64,000 bases of DNA from NCBI GenBank assembly GCA_951406725.2, contig OX597827.1, positions 15,190,001-15,254,000 on the forward strand, in the 5' to 3' direction. Made by a program: the position numbers and the translations under genes. Origin of the DNA: Octopus vulgaris (Eukaryota). A model generated the notes under the pieces. That model worked only from the letters and a program-made list of their open reading frames with translations, was not told the DNA's origin and made no database searches. Positions 38,411 to 50,747 of this stretch are shown one piece after another. The stretch's first letter is position 1, and each line of letters begins with the position of its first letter.

Positions 38411-39966
38411 AGTCATCCGGGGTGAGTTGATCCGGCTCCTACCGACGTGTTTACCCCGTTCCTCACGAATGCTGATCACATCCGACAGACAAATGCTTCA
38501 CTGGGAGAGCAAGCGCGTCGGAGAGCGCGAACGTCGTGGCCGTATTTGTCATTCGGTGTTGAGGTGTAGAGTTCATGTTCGGAATTTCAGTGGGAATACA
38601 CGTTCACATGTTGTCCCTGGTCACATGCATGCACACTTTGAGATTTTGTGATCCGTAGCAGCTCATCATGCTGTTGATTTTTGACCGTCGCAGAGGATTC
38701 GCTGACCAAGTCACGGCCAGTTATCGGAGCAGATCTAGCCTGGATTTGCAGCGAGTTCTAGAGACATGCTTTAACAAAAGCTAAGGAGTGTCTCACTCCC
38801 GGTGGTCTCCCAACCCGCCTGACCCCAACCCGGAATTTCTGAGGGCCTGTGATATTGCTAGATAGTCGTAGAACCTACATTAGGCTCATCCGTCCAAGAA
38901 TATCGGGTAACTTGAGCATTGAGCATTAAGGGTGAAGGGGTCACAAAAGCACGTTTTCAAATCAGTGAACGTTGGAATCTTAGTAATTAACCTTTCGATA
39001 ATTATGTATATTTTCCAATTTGATCGGCTTTCCCTCGAAAGGAGCTTTTACGTGGCCGCTTGACCTGCTAGAAACAGCAGCCAAGCATCCCTCTGATTGT
39101 ATATTACTGTCTTAACTAGTCGATCTTGTAGTCCTAGAAAGACAGTGGTCTACGGCTGGATTAGCTCTTGGTCGTAGGTGTCCGCTCAATCAGAGATGAC
39201 TACTCCTGCACCATCAAATGGGGTGGCCACTACACCAAACATAGGCAGCCCGTCTTTTGTTTTTGTTTTTGTTTTTTTTGTGTAGCGGGCCGCATGAGAT
39301 ATGGTTCATCACCAGGAGGGCCGCACTGCTAACAAATTTTATGGAAACTTTACGTTTACGTGTTCCATTCGGAGATTCTCGCAGTTTGTCCACGGCTGCT
39401 CTGCACAATCACTCGATTACTAGAAATAGCATCCAAATTTCGCTCAAACGATATTGTACCGCTTTGGAAAATTACACTGACGAAAAAAAAATCGACGGGA
39501 TGGTCATAGCCTGGACAACTTTTGATGAAGGGTTACTGATTCAGAGTTGACCTGGGAATAAACAACAATTTTATTGTGTCACTGAAGGAAAATAACCCCA
39601 AGGTAATATTCTGCATGCTGATTACAAATGTAGCAGGGTCTCACAAACCTCGATTAGTTGAGATTATCCGATGAAATTTAATAGATAAAATTTGTCTAAA
39701 AATGTTTAAAATTTTAAAACAATAATCAGGGGAGATAACTCCCAATATTATCAGTTGGTAAAAATTTTGCATAATATAGTCGACCAGTGCGCTATGGATT
39801 TTTTTTCTTTTTTTTTTGTTTTTGTTTTTAATATATAATTGAATGCTATACCGATGTTTGAAGGTGTTGAAAAATGTTTTATACTTAATTTTGTGATACG
39901 AAAAATATTTAATTTTTCTAAATGTTTAACTTCAAAACATTTTCAAACTTCCAACGGAAACTACAG

Positions 39967-40033
<67 letters not shown>

Positions 40034-40045
40034 CATATATATATA

Positions 40046-40330
40046 CTAGCAGTATCGCCCGGCGTTGCTCGGGTTTGTAAGGGAAATAACTATATAAGCA
40101 TTTTTAGAGAGTTATAGCCAAAAAATGCATTAAAAATGGGAAAAAAATTATGGTAAATTTTTTTTAAATCTTTGACTCATCGTAGACGCGCGCTAATACC
40201 CAGAAGGGCTCGATATGAATCACGACTATAAGATACCCGGTTTTGGTTAAACTGCACCGCAAAATGTGGGAGTAGTTAGGAATCTAAATCGTAGGAGACA
40301 GACACACAACTTCTCTTTTATATATAAAGA
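40046..40330 (-). mobile_element. non-autonomous Helitron
   Basis: Copy of 3580-3875. Confidence 0.85.
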
Positions 40331-40347
40331 TATGTATAAATATATAT

Positions 40348-40635
40348 ACACTCAAATAGACGACACAAAAAACGGACGGGTCATTCGAAGCCTCTAATCT
40401 TCAGTCAAGGACCGGATCATCCTCGCAATTTCGGCTGATTAATCTTGAGATCGCTCCGATCCGGCCAGCCCCAAGGAAAAACTAAGCTACGAGCATTAGA
40501 TTTCTCGGAAAAAGGATCGAATGTATACGAAACAAGGACAGAAAAACGGGCGTAGAGGCTTCGAATGACCCGTCCGTTTTTTGTGTCGTCTATTTGAGTG
40601 TTTTGCGTTCTTGTCCCATTTTGTATTTTTATATA
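40348..40635 (-). mobile_element. partly palindromic Penelope-like terminus carrying a structured RNA motif (40411-40470)
   Basis: Arms 40348-40396 and 40553-40601; homologous to about 53715-53860; same terminus as the 5399 and 5665 hairpins. Confidence 0.7.
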
Positions 40636-40677
40636 TTTTTTATTCATATTATTGCGGTGTAACGTACATCTTGTTCT

Positions 40678-40741
<64 letters not shown>

Positions 40742-40940
40742 GTTAAATTAGCGTACCACGGGAAACAGAAAAGAAAAATGTTTAAGAACCACTGATATAA
40801 AATGGGGATTGGAATGAATGTGAGTCAGCTAGTGGAAGTGATGGACATGTTTCAATCGTGTTAGACCTCGTCAGCGAAGTACGTTTTATTCAGTCGGTAA
40901 TACTTAGAGTGGTCTATATTATATTTGTGTGTGTGTAAAT

Positions 40941-41137
40941 GTGACTAAATATGACTAGGATGTTAGAACACTCACATTGCTAGAAATAAGAGCTAAAAAG
41001 CTCTAATGCACATAATTGTACACAGTCCCTGTCAGCACACACGTATACAGTTATGTGCTTTAACTACAGCATCAGAGCATTTTAGCTCTTATTTCTAGCA
41101 TTGTAGGTGTCCTAACACCCTGGTCTTATTTAGTGAC
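40941..41137. mobile_element. palindromic MITE-like hairpin
   Basis: Imperfect arms of about 70 bp plus an inner 14-bp stem. Confidence 0.55.
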
Positions 41138-41162
41138 AAACAATTATAGTTTTCCATTTTGG

Positions 41163-41578
41163 GGATCTTTTCGGTTTGAACGGCAGTTTTTCTAGCGTTG
41201 TCATATGAAATTGTCACCCATAATTATGACCCTAGTATCGATCTATTGCATTTCAATCTGTTTTAGGGTTAGGGTTAGGGGTGGGGAAAGAGTATCTTCT
41301 TTTCTTCACAAATGTAAATAAACCCAATCTGTTTCTTAAACAAGGGACATATTCATACGATACAGAATGTTTTTTACCTCAATAGACGTCAGTGATTGGT
41401 TGAAATTGCAGAAATTGAAGAAAAAAAAACAACAAATATCTTACAAACTATAGAATTTTCTCAATAAAGCCAAGAGAAAAAGATGTTTTATAAACATATT
41501 CCACCAGTATACGAAGTTTAATTTTTTTTAGTTACCTAGAAATTATGTTAAAAACTGCCGTTCAAACCGAAAAGATCC
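41163..41578. mobile_element. MITE family D (TIR GGATCTTTTCGGTTTGAACGGCAG, internal TTAGGG)
   Basis: 8-bp TSD cattttgg. Confidence 0.92.
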
Positions 41579-42095
41579 CATTTTGGTAACACATTGCATA
41601 CGGCTGTCTGTATTAATATATATATATATAGTAGAGTCAAGGTTGAGCATTCCTTTTCACAGGTATGTGCAGGTTTTATCGTTTATCTTTTACTTGTTCC
41701 AGTCATTGGACTGCGGCCATGCTTGGGCACCACCTTGAAGGGTTTTAGTCGAACAAATTAACACCAGTACTTACGAGTTTTTGGGGGGTTTTTTTCGTTT
41801 GCTTGTTTTGTTGCTTTCTTTTTAATGCTGGTACTTATTCTATCGCTCTCTCTCTCTTGCCGACCTGCTACCTTACGAGAACGTAAACAAACCAACGCCA
41901 GTTATCAAGTGATAATAGGAGGGGGTCTTACATACGCACACACACGCGTCGGGTTTCCACGCAGTTTCCGTCTACCAAATCCACTCACAAGGCATTGATC
42001 GACCAGGGCTACAATAGACGACACTTGCCCAAGGTGCCGCACAATAGGACTGAACCCAAAACCATGTGGTTGTAAAGTACACTTCTTAAACATAC

Positions 42096-42731
42096 GGATC
42101 TTTTCCTTTTGAACGGCAGACAATTTCTAGTTAACTAAAAACTTTAAAACTTCGTATACTGGTAGAATATGTCAAAATAAAACATTTTTTCTCTTGGCTT
42201 TCTTCAGAAAATTGTAATTTGTTTGTTTAACGTAGTTTAATTTTTCGAATTTTAACCAATCCTATGCTCTCTTTTGAGCTAAAATCATTTGCTGCGTCTA
42301 AAACTGAGACAACATCCTGTAACTAACCCTAAACCTCCCCCCTAACCCTAACCCTAAATTTTTTTTTCTTAATTGTTAAATTAATTTAATTGTTACGCGT
42401 GTAAAAGAAACTAAAGCAATGGAATTAAATTAATTTAACAATTAAGAAAAAATGAGGGTTAGGGTTAGGGGGGAGGTTTAGGGTTAGTTACAGGATGTTG
42501 TCTCAGTTTTAGACGCAGCAAATGATTTCAGTTGAATGGAGGTAATCGATTGGTTAAAATTGCCGAAATGCTCGGATTTTCAGATGAAGTATCTTACAAA
42601 CTATAGAATTTTCTCAATAAAACCAAGAGAAAATGGTGTTTTATAAACACATTCTACCAGTATACGAAGTTTAAAAGTGCTTAGTTAACTAGAAATTGTG
42701 TTGACATCCGCCGTTCAAAAGGAAAAGATCC
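42096..42731. mobile_element. MITE family D, long foldback variant
   Basis: TIRs plus an internal inverted repeat of about 110 bp with CCCTAA/TTAGGG arms. Confidence 0.85.
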
Positions 42732-43078
42732 AGAAATACTTCTTAACCATATCAATGTTACATGTGAGTCACTAATGTAAGTTGGAAAGAATGTCTCCTG
42801 TATGTAACATATTCAAGTTGTAACATAATGTGTGTAGTTAGCATTTTTTAAAGACAGTTCATTGAAAGAATCCATTTTCGGCAGTTTCTTAAAGAGGCGT
42901 TAAAGAATATTCAGAAGGCAAGTTTATAAAACAAAAACATTGAAATTTATTCAGTAGTGTAATGAGTGTTAGCATGTGGCAACAAGGATTAATTTGGGAA
43001 CCAAATATATGTGTACGCAAGACAGGAAAAATCGCATGATTAACTATATACACTGTGGTTTATATTAAGCAGAGTGAA

Positions 43079-43493
43079 GGCGGCGAGCTGGCAGACACGT
43101 TAGCACGCTGGGTGAAATGCGTAGCCGTATTTCGTCTGCCGCTACGTTCTGAGTTCAAATTCCGGCGAGGTCGACTTTGCCTTTCATCCTTTCGGGGTCG
43201 ATAAATTAAGTACCAGTTACGCACTGGGGTCGATGTAATCGACTTAATACCTATGTCTGTCCTTGTTTGTCCCCTCTGTGTTTAGCCCCTTGTGGGTAAT
43301 AAAGAAATAGGTATTTCGTCTGCCGCTACGTTCTGAGTTCAAATTCCGCCGAGGTCGACTTTGCCTTTCATCCTTTCGGCGTCGATAAATTAAGTACCAG
43401 TTACGCACTGGGGTCGATGTAATCGACTTAATTCGTTTGTCTGTCCTTGTTTGTCCCCTCTGTGTGTAGCCCCTTGTGGGTAATAAAGAAACA
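43079..43493 (+). mobile_element. SINE family C dimer
   Basis: 18-bp TSD tatattaagcagagtgaa around the whole dimer. Confidence 0.9.
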
Positions 43494-43865
43494 TATATTA
43501 AGCAGAGTGAAAGCTGATATTAATCAAATGAGTTGCGTATAGTTGATGGTGGACACAGAAAATGTGACATGTCGAAGAAAGCGATGTTGCCTCTATGTCG
43601 TCAAATCCGTAACTGGTTTGAAACTGCCGCTTCTCTGCTGTAGTGAGTTTCTTCCATCTAGGGCAGATCACTGCCGTTTTATTCATACACCTCCAGATCT
43701 ACCGTTTGGAATCTTCCACAGCACTACTGAACTATATAACAAAATAGATTTGTCCTGTCTCGCTACACTACCCCACTGCAGACTTTAAGTCGATACAAAC
43801 AAGAAAAAGGAAGGATAAAAAAAATGTAAAGCAAAGGAAGTAAAAATAACAATACAAAATATTCC

Positions 43866-44281
43866 GGATCTTTTCGGTTTGAACGGCAGTTTTTTCTAGC
43901 GGTGTCATATGAAATTGTCACCCATAATTATGACCCTAGTATCGATCTATTGCATTTCAATCTCTTTTAGGGTTAGGGTTAGGGGTGGGGAAAGAGTATC
44001 TTCTTTTCTTCACAAATGTAAATAAACCCAATCTGTTTCTTAAACGAGGGACGTATTCATATGGCACAGAATGCTTTTTACCTCAATGGACGTCACTGAT
44101 TGGTTGAAATTGCAGAAATTGAAGAAAAAAAGCAACAAATATCTTACAAACTATAGAATATTCTCAATAAAGCCAAGAGAAAAAGATGTTTTATAAACAT
44201 ATTCCACCAGTATACGAAGTTTAATTTTTTTTAGTTACCTAGAAATTATGTTAAAAACTGCCGGTCAAACCGAAAAGATCC
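43866..44281. mobile_element. MITE family D
   Basis: 8-bp TSD aatattcc. Confidence 0.92.
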
Positions 44282-44564
44282 AATATTCCAAACAATGGCA
44301 AAAGAAAAATACATTGCATACGTTAGAAGTCAACAAATGTTCAGACACTGGGAAAAGAAAACAATATGAATGCATTAAGAAGAAAAAAAGACAAGCATGC
44401 AATTAGACAGTTAAAGACACTCAACGCCAGTTCATTTACAAATAGTTTCACAGAGCCTCTCAGGCCAATGGATATACAACGGCCGCTGAGAGTTGTCGTA
44501 AGGTATCTTGGTGAAGATGGGGGGAGATGTTTGTATCGACTTATCGTCTGAAAAGGGGGGATGT

Positions 44565-44936
44565 GGGAAGCACTCCGTCGGTTACGACGACGAGGGTTCC
44601 GGTTGATCCGAATCAACGGAACAGCCTGCTCGTGAAATTAACGTGTAAGTGGCTGAGCACTCCACAGACCACGTGCACCCTTAACGTAGTTCTCGGGGAT
44701 ATTCAGAGCGTGACACAGAGAGTGACAAGGCCGGCCCTTTGAAATACAGGTACAACAGAAACAGGAAGTAAGAGTGAGAGAAAGTTGTGGTGAAAGAGTA
44801 CAGCAGGGATCACCACCATCCCCTGCCGGAGCTTCGTGGAGCTTTTAGGTGTTTTCGCTCAATAAACACTCACAACGCCCGGTCTGGGAATCGAAACCGC
44901 GAGTCCGCTGCCCTAACCACTGGGCCATTGCGCCTC
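44565..44936 (-). mobile_element. SINE family B
   Basis: Similarity to the other copies; small deletion in the head. Confidence 0.9.
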
Positions 44937-45235
44937 TACAGGGGGGAGAGTGTAACGAGTCAGGAAAGACCTATTACGTCGCCGTAGTATAATAGTTTGG
45001 TTGTGCTGTGGAAGATTCCGGCCAATCAGAGCTGGAGGCGTATGAATAAAACGGCAGTGATCTACTTTAGCAGCTGAACTCACTACAGCAGAGAAGCGGC
45101 AGATTCAAACCATTTACGGATTTGACGGCATAGTAGCAACATCGCTTTCTTCGACATGTCACATTTTCTGTGTCCGCCATCAACTACACGCAACTCAGTT
45201 GGTTAATATCAGCTTCCACTCTGCTTAATATAAAC

Positions 45236-45435
45236 CTACGCCATATGCCCGCGGGCATATGGTGTAGTGGTTAAGAGCGCGGGCTACTAACCCCAAGATT
45301 CCGAGTTCTATTCCTGGCAGTGACCTTAATAATAATAATAATAACAACAACATCAAAAAATACCTTAGGAATGAGAACCCAGGTTCAAAATTTCCCCCAA
45401 GACACCTGATGAAGGCTGGAGGGTATATCAACCGA
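45236..45435 (+). mobile_element. tRNA-headed element with truncated hammerhead-like motif
   Basis: A box tggtgtagtgg, B-box-like gagttctattcc, (AAT)n, then acac-CTGATGA-aggctgg..tcaacc-GACA. Confidence 0.55.
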
Positions 45436-46944
45436 CAGAAGCCGTATTAATGCTAAGCAGTAATATTCATCCCCACTTAAAAGTGGATGATCTGTTAAAA
45501 TACTGCGGTTGTTACCATGAGAGAAACTCTCGTCGGTGCGTAAGTGCACTCTAGTTTATATCGCTAGCCGTGGGAGGAATAAATCATCTGCCATCGCCGA
45601 GACCACGAGATCACGTGGTTTGGGCCTCCCAGTATTTGCTCGACAAAAGGCGGTGCTCCAGCATGGCCACAGTCAAATGACTAAAACAAGTAAAAGAATA
45701 AAAAGTGAAAAACTTTGTAGTCGAAAACTCTGGTTTTACTCTGGGCTACAATAGACGACACTTGCCCAAGGTGCCGCACAATAGGACTGAACCCAAAACC
45801 ATGTGGTTGTAAAGTTCACTTCTTAAACATACGGATCTTTTCCTTTTGAACGGCAGACAATTTCTAGTTAACTAAACACTTTAAAACTTCGTATACTGGT
45901 AGAATGTGTCAAAATAAAACACTTTTTTCTCTTGGCTTTCTGGAAGAAGGGACTACACTAATTTTTTTTTTTTCGTGTCATCAGAAAGCTATGTGATCAA
46001 TGTGACTTATATTGGTCTTCAGTAACTTTGTTCATTACTACAGGAAAAAATAAAGGTAGACAGGGATGAAAATTTCCAGGGTGGTGAGTGGAATTTACGT
46101 TCTGGTGAGACGGATTGGGTATGGTGTTAAGTGCGAGGCTTGAGTGGGTAGGATCACAGTAAAACGCTAGCAAGATTGGAATAAGGTCTTACATAAATAA
46201 GCTGTGTGTGTCTGTAAAATCTTGGATCTCCGTCGGTTTCGATAATGAGTATTCAGTTGCACAAAGAACTGAATTTCCTACTCATTGAATTAACGAATAT
46301 TCCACAAACTACGTAGTTTCAAGTTCAGTCCCTCTGCGCGGCACTTTGGGCAAGTGTCTTCTATTATAGCCCCGGGCTGACCATTGTCTTGTGAGTGAAT
46401 TTGGTGGGTGGAAGCCCGTCGTATATATTTATGTTTGTGTTTGTATCTCCACCACACAGCCTGACGACCCTTTTTTTTTGTGGGGTTTTTTGCACTTTGA
46501 CGTCCCCGAAATTTTATCGATTTGGCAAAAGAGAGACCGATAGAATAAGCGATAGACTTTAAAAAGTTAGTATCGGGTCGATTTGTTCGTCTTAACCATT
46601 CGAGGTGGTGGCTCTGCATGGCCGCAATCCAATGACTGAATCGGGTGGTTGAATTTTCCACAAACATGGAATAACACAATCTTCTGGAAGAACTGGTTGT
46701 GGCAAGGTTTTCCCTTTGAATTGCAGGTATAATCCATCCGACGGACTTGATCCTAGTTTCCGTCCACCAAAGCCTCTTTCACAAGGTTTGGGTCGACCTG
46801 AGACAGTAGTAAATGACACATGCTCAAGATGTCACTCAGGGGTATCGAAATCAGTACTTTCTGATTATGAAGCAACTTTCTTAATCATTCGACCATTTTA
46901 TGTCTGGTTGTTGGCCGTACTAGTAAGTAAACCGCCAAAATGAA

Positions 46945-47025
46945 GTCTCGTGGCCGAGTGGTTAAGGCGATGGACTAGAAATCCAGTGGGGTCTCCCCGC
47001 ATAGGTTCGAATCCTATCGGCGACG
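46945..47025 (+). tRNA. tRNA-Ser(AGA), possibly a pseudogene
   Basis: tggccgagtggttaaggcgatggactAGAaatcca, long variable arm, T arm atagg-ttcgaat-cctat, TTTT terminator at 47034. One base is missing from the 5' acceptor strand and there is an A-G mismatch at the top of the anticodon stem. Confidence 0.85.
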
Positions 47026-47083
47026 GTTAGGTATTTTGCTTTTTTGTTGTGGTGCACCTGAGCACTGTATACAATAATTTCAT

Positions 47084-47644
47084 TCAGCTGAATCCATAGT
47101 GAAGATTGCCCCGCCGCCGACCTCCTTTAACCAGGAGGGCAAGGCAATTTTTCTTTGTCTAGTGGCTGTAGAGAAAGAGGTGGTATGGTGGACCTGTTTG
47201 AAAGGGCTAAGGTCAGACACTTTCCTCTTTGGCTAAGGTCTCATCATCTTTTTCAAGTTCCACTTGAAAAGGAAGATGAGAGTAGAGAAGGAAGTGCTGT
47301 CTCGTAGCAAATTTATTGAAAGGTGGATAAATGTCGGAAGAATGGCCAGTATGAACGGACCAATTCTGAGGATACACCTGTAAAAAAAAAAGGTAATATA
47401 AAAGGAGAAAGTGACCCCCCCCCCTTTGATCAGGCTCCTGTGGCTTTTATGGGTTTTTTCCACAAGTAACCTTTCGAAGTGCCTCCCCCTATTGGGAGTT
47501 TTTTACTTGTTATATTTTCGTTGTTATCTTTGCATTTTTACACGGACTTTTTCAAACGGACAAAACCCTTTTTGTAACTTTCGTTCTGTATTTTGTCCTT
47601 ACATGTTTTATTTGATTTTGTTAGCCCTTGTGGCCAATAAAAGA

Positions 47645-47686
<42 letters not shown>
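47084..47686 (+). mobile_element. Tx1/L1-clade LINE 3' end
   Basis: Same family as 17520-18228; (ATT)n tail; starts directly after a CR1 tail. Confidence 0.8.
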
Positions 47687-47822
47687 ACAAAAACGGCGGG
47701 ATGGGGATGGGTTCCGAAAGTGCTAGTGACTGTCTTCTATGTCAGTAAAGATTTAGTAAAGTCCGTATCCGCTTTCCTCCACAGCATACGAACTTAACCT
47801 AAATTTACGAATATCTCTAGTA

Positions 47823-48042
47823 CAGTGGTTTTCAACCAGGGTTCCACGGAACCTTAGGGTTCCGCCAGTACAGTCCAGGGGTTCCGCAAGAAGTTACAAA
47901 ACTGCTAAAATCGGCAGTAATTTTTAATTCTCCTGTGCAGATATGTGTGCATAAGACTATTAAATTATTGCACAGGGGTTCCCCGAGCCAGTGGAATGTT
48001 TCCTTGGGGTTCCGCTCCAGCAGAAATGTTTGAAAAGCACTG
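47823..48042. mobile_element. hAT (Charlie-like) MITE
   Basis: CAGTGGTTTTCAA..TTGAAAAGCACTG termini; 8-bp TSD ctctagta. Confidence 0.9.
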
Positions 48043-48365
48043 CTCTAGTAAATAAGGTCGAATTACAAATATGTAGCACTTACTAAATGTCGTTTAATGG
48101 GAAATTGTTTTGTTTCCGATTGTTTCGCTCATTCACTCTACTGAGATTAATTATGCTTCTGATCTACTTAAGAGATACTTTTGATAAGGAAAGACTGAAC
48201 AGTTGTTTATCTTAATCCACTAGAGTGAAGGAGTCGTTGTTTGTTGTTTAGCTCGAAGTCAGCTCTGATTGAAAAGTCTTTAATCATTAATCATTAAATC
48301 ATCCTTTGTTTTATTTTTCCTCCACACATGGCACGCGCAGGAATGGCCGTGTGGTTAAAAAGTTC

Positions 48366-48780
48366 GGATCTTTTCGGTTCGAACGGCAGTTTTTAAAAAT
48401 AATTTCCACGTAACTAAACACTTTTAAACTTTGTATACTGGTAGAATGTGTTTATAAAACATCTTTTTCTCTTGGCTTTATTGAGAAAATTCTATAGTTT
48501 GTAAGATATTTGTTATTGTTTTTTTCTTCAATTTCTGCAATTTCAACCAATCACTGGCGTCCATTGAGGTAAAAAAAAACATTCTGTGCCGTATGAATAT
48601 GTCCCTCATTTAAGAAACAGATTGGGTTTATTTACATTTGTGAAGAAAAAAAGATACCCTTCCCCCACCCCTAACCCTAAAACAGATTGAAATGCAATAG
48701 ATCGATACTAGGGTCATAATTATGGGTGACAATTTCATATGACACTGCTAGAAAAACTGCCGTTCAAACCGAAAAGATCC
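48366..48780. mobile_element. MITE family D (opposite orientation)
   Basis: 8-bp TSD aaaagttc; splits an old SINE A head. Confidence 0.92.
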
Positions 48781-49186
48781 AAAAGTTCCCTTCATAACCA
48801 AGTGGTTTCAGGTTTGGTTCTATCACACAGGGCATTGTGTTGAATCGACGAGCAAACACATATCATAAAGGTTCATATTGTATATGCATGTCAATTTCGG
48901 GGGCCTGGAAATGTTTTTTTTTATTTTTTTATTTTTATTTTTAAATAATAATTGGTGCAGACATGGCTACGTGATTAAGAAGCTCGATCTGTAACCACTT
49001 GGTTCCGTGTTCAGGCTTACTGCGCGGTACCTTGTGCAAATGTCTTTGTATTATCGCCCCTGACCGATAAATGCATTGGTGAGTGAATTTGATGGACGGA
49101 AACTATGCGGAAGCCCACCGTATATACAGATGCTTATTTCATGTATTTCTCCACCTCATAACACACCACACAAATTCATTGCACAT

Positions 49187-49644
49187 AGGCGCAGGCGTAG
49201 ATGTGTGAGGGCGCGGGTGTGGATGTGTGGAGGCGCAAGCGTGGATGTGTGGAGGCGCGGGCTGTGGTAAGTCGCTTGCTTACCGACCACATGGTTCCAG
49301 GTTCAGTCCCACTGCGTGGCACCTTGGGCGGTTGTCTTCTACTACAGCCTCGGGCTGACCAAGGAAACTGAAAGCAGCCTGTCTTGTATATATATATATA
49401 TATATATATATTTCTTTACTACCCACAAGGGGCTAAACACAGAGGGGACAAACAAGGACAGACAAAGGGATTAAGTCGATTACATCGACCCCAGTGCGTA
49501 ACTGGTACTTAATTTATCGACCCCGAAAGGATGAAAAGCAAAGTCGACCTCGGCGGCATTTGAACTCGGAACGTAATGACAGATAAAATACGGCTACGAA
49601 TTTCGCCCGGCATGCTAACGTTTCTACCAGCTCGCCGCCTTGAC

Positions 49645-49685
<41 letters not shown>

Positions 49686-50000
49686 ATATATATATATGTG
49701 TGTGTGTGATATATATATATATGTGTGTGTGTGATATATATATATATGTGTGTGTGTGATATATATATATGTGTGTGTGTGTGATATATATATGTGTGTG
49801 TGTGTGTGTGTGTATGTCCCCCCACTATCACTTGACAACCGATGCTAGTGTGTTTACGTCCCCGTAACTTAGCGGTTCGGCATAAGAGACCGATAGAATA
49901 AGTACTAGGCTTACAAAGAATAAGTCCTGGAGTCGATATGTTCGACTAAAAAGACGGTGCTCCAGCATGGCCGCAGTCAAATGACTGAAACAAATAAAAG
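49187..50000 (+). mobile_element. SINE A with stuttered 5' end, interrupted by SINE C (49410-49641, minus)
   Basis: Head and tail of A flank a C monomer inside the internal TA/TG tract. Confidence 0.8.
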
Positions 50001-50747
50001 GATAGCCCTCTTTAACCACACACATATCCTACACACCCGCACACACAAATATCAGTATCATGACTCCCATATTACCTCTTTCATTTCCCCCTCCTTTTAT
50101 CACTCTCTCTTGGTTATTCTCTCCCCCTCTCTCTTTTCCACTTTCTCTAACTCCCCCTTTTTCATTTGCCCTTCCTCCTCATTCTATCCCTCTTACTGTA
50201 TTTGACCCAACTGTACCTCTACTTCACTTCTCTAATTCTACCCGAGATATGCCATGTGAACAGGCGTCTTATTTGGTATCGTACATTTTTTTCTGCACCT
50301 TCTGCCTCTTAATTCCATTCTTTATCTTTTGATAAACGGTATCACTCCGAAACGTCAGGTTCAGTTCTGTTTTCTTTTTGATATACTAAGCTTTATTGTA
50401 CATTTCTTAGTTTGTTGTTTATTTTGCTTTATATTTCTACACTTTTCAGGCACGTGCTTTTGCTTATCTGACTCTGCATGGCGTTTGTTTTTCATTTGTT
50501 TCTTCTTTACCTCTAATTTTGATTTATGAATGTATTTGAACCCCCACCGCTTGAACCGTGTTACCACTGTAATAAAGCAGTTCGGCAAAAACGACTAATA
50601 AAATAAGTACTATGGTCTATTTATTTGACCAAACCCTCCAAGGCAGTGTCACAGTTATAACTAAGACAAATACAAGAATAACAGTAACTATATCAGGTAC
50701 TACATTATCTAACGTATCTTTTATTAAGGCAGTATATCGTATTAGGG

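Larger units (their letters stand above)
43057..45236. mobile_element. foldback-type element with imperfect TIRs of about 250 bp and three nested insertions
   Basis: 43057-43078 plus 43512-43738 is the reverse complement of about 44988-45236. Confidence 0.75.

Noticed and set aside
40411-40470. Canonical HDV-like ribozyme or SECIS assignment
   Set aside because: P3/L3/P1.1 spacing does not fit HDV, and the GA/GA core orientation does not fit SECIS; kept as an unassigned motif.
41263-41286. Interstitial telomere or chromosome-fusion relic
   Set aside because: The TTAGGG repeats lie inside TSD-flanked MITE copies.
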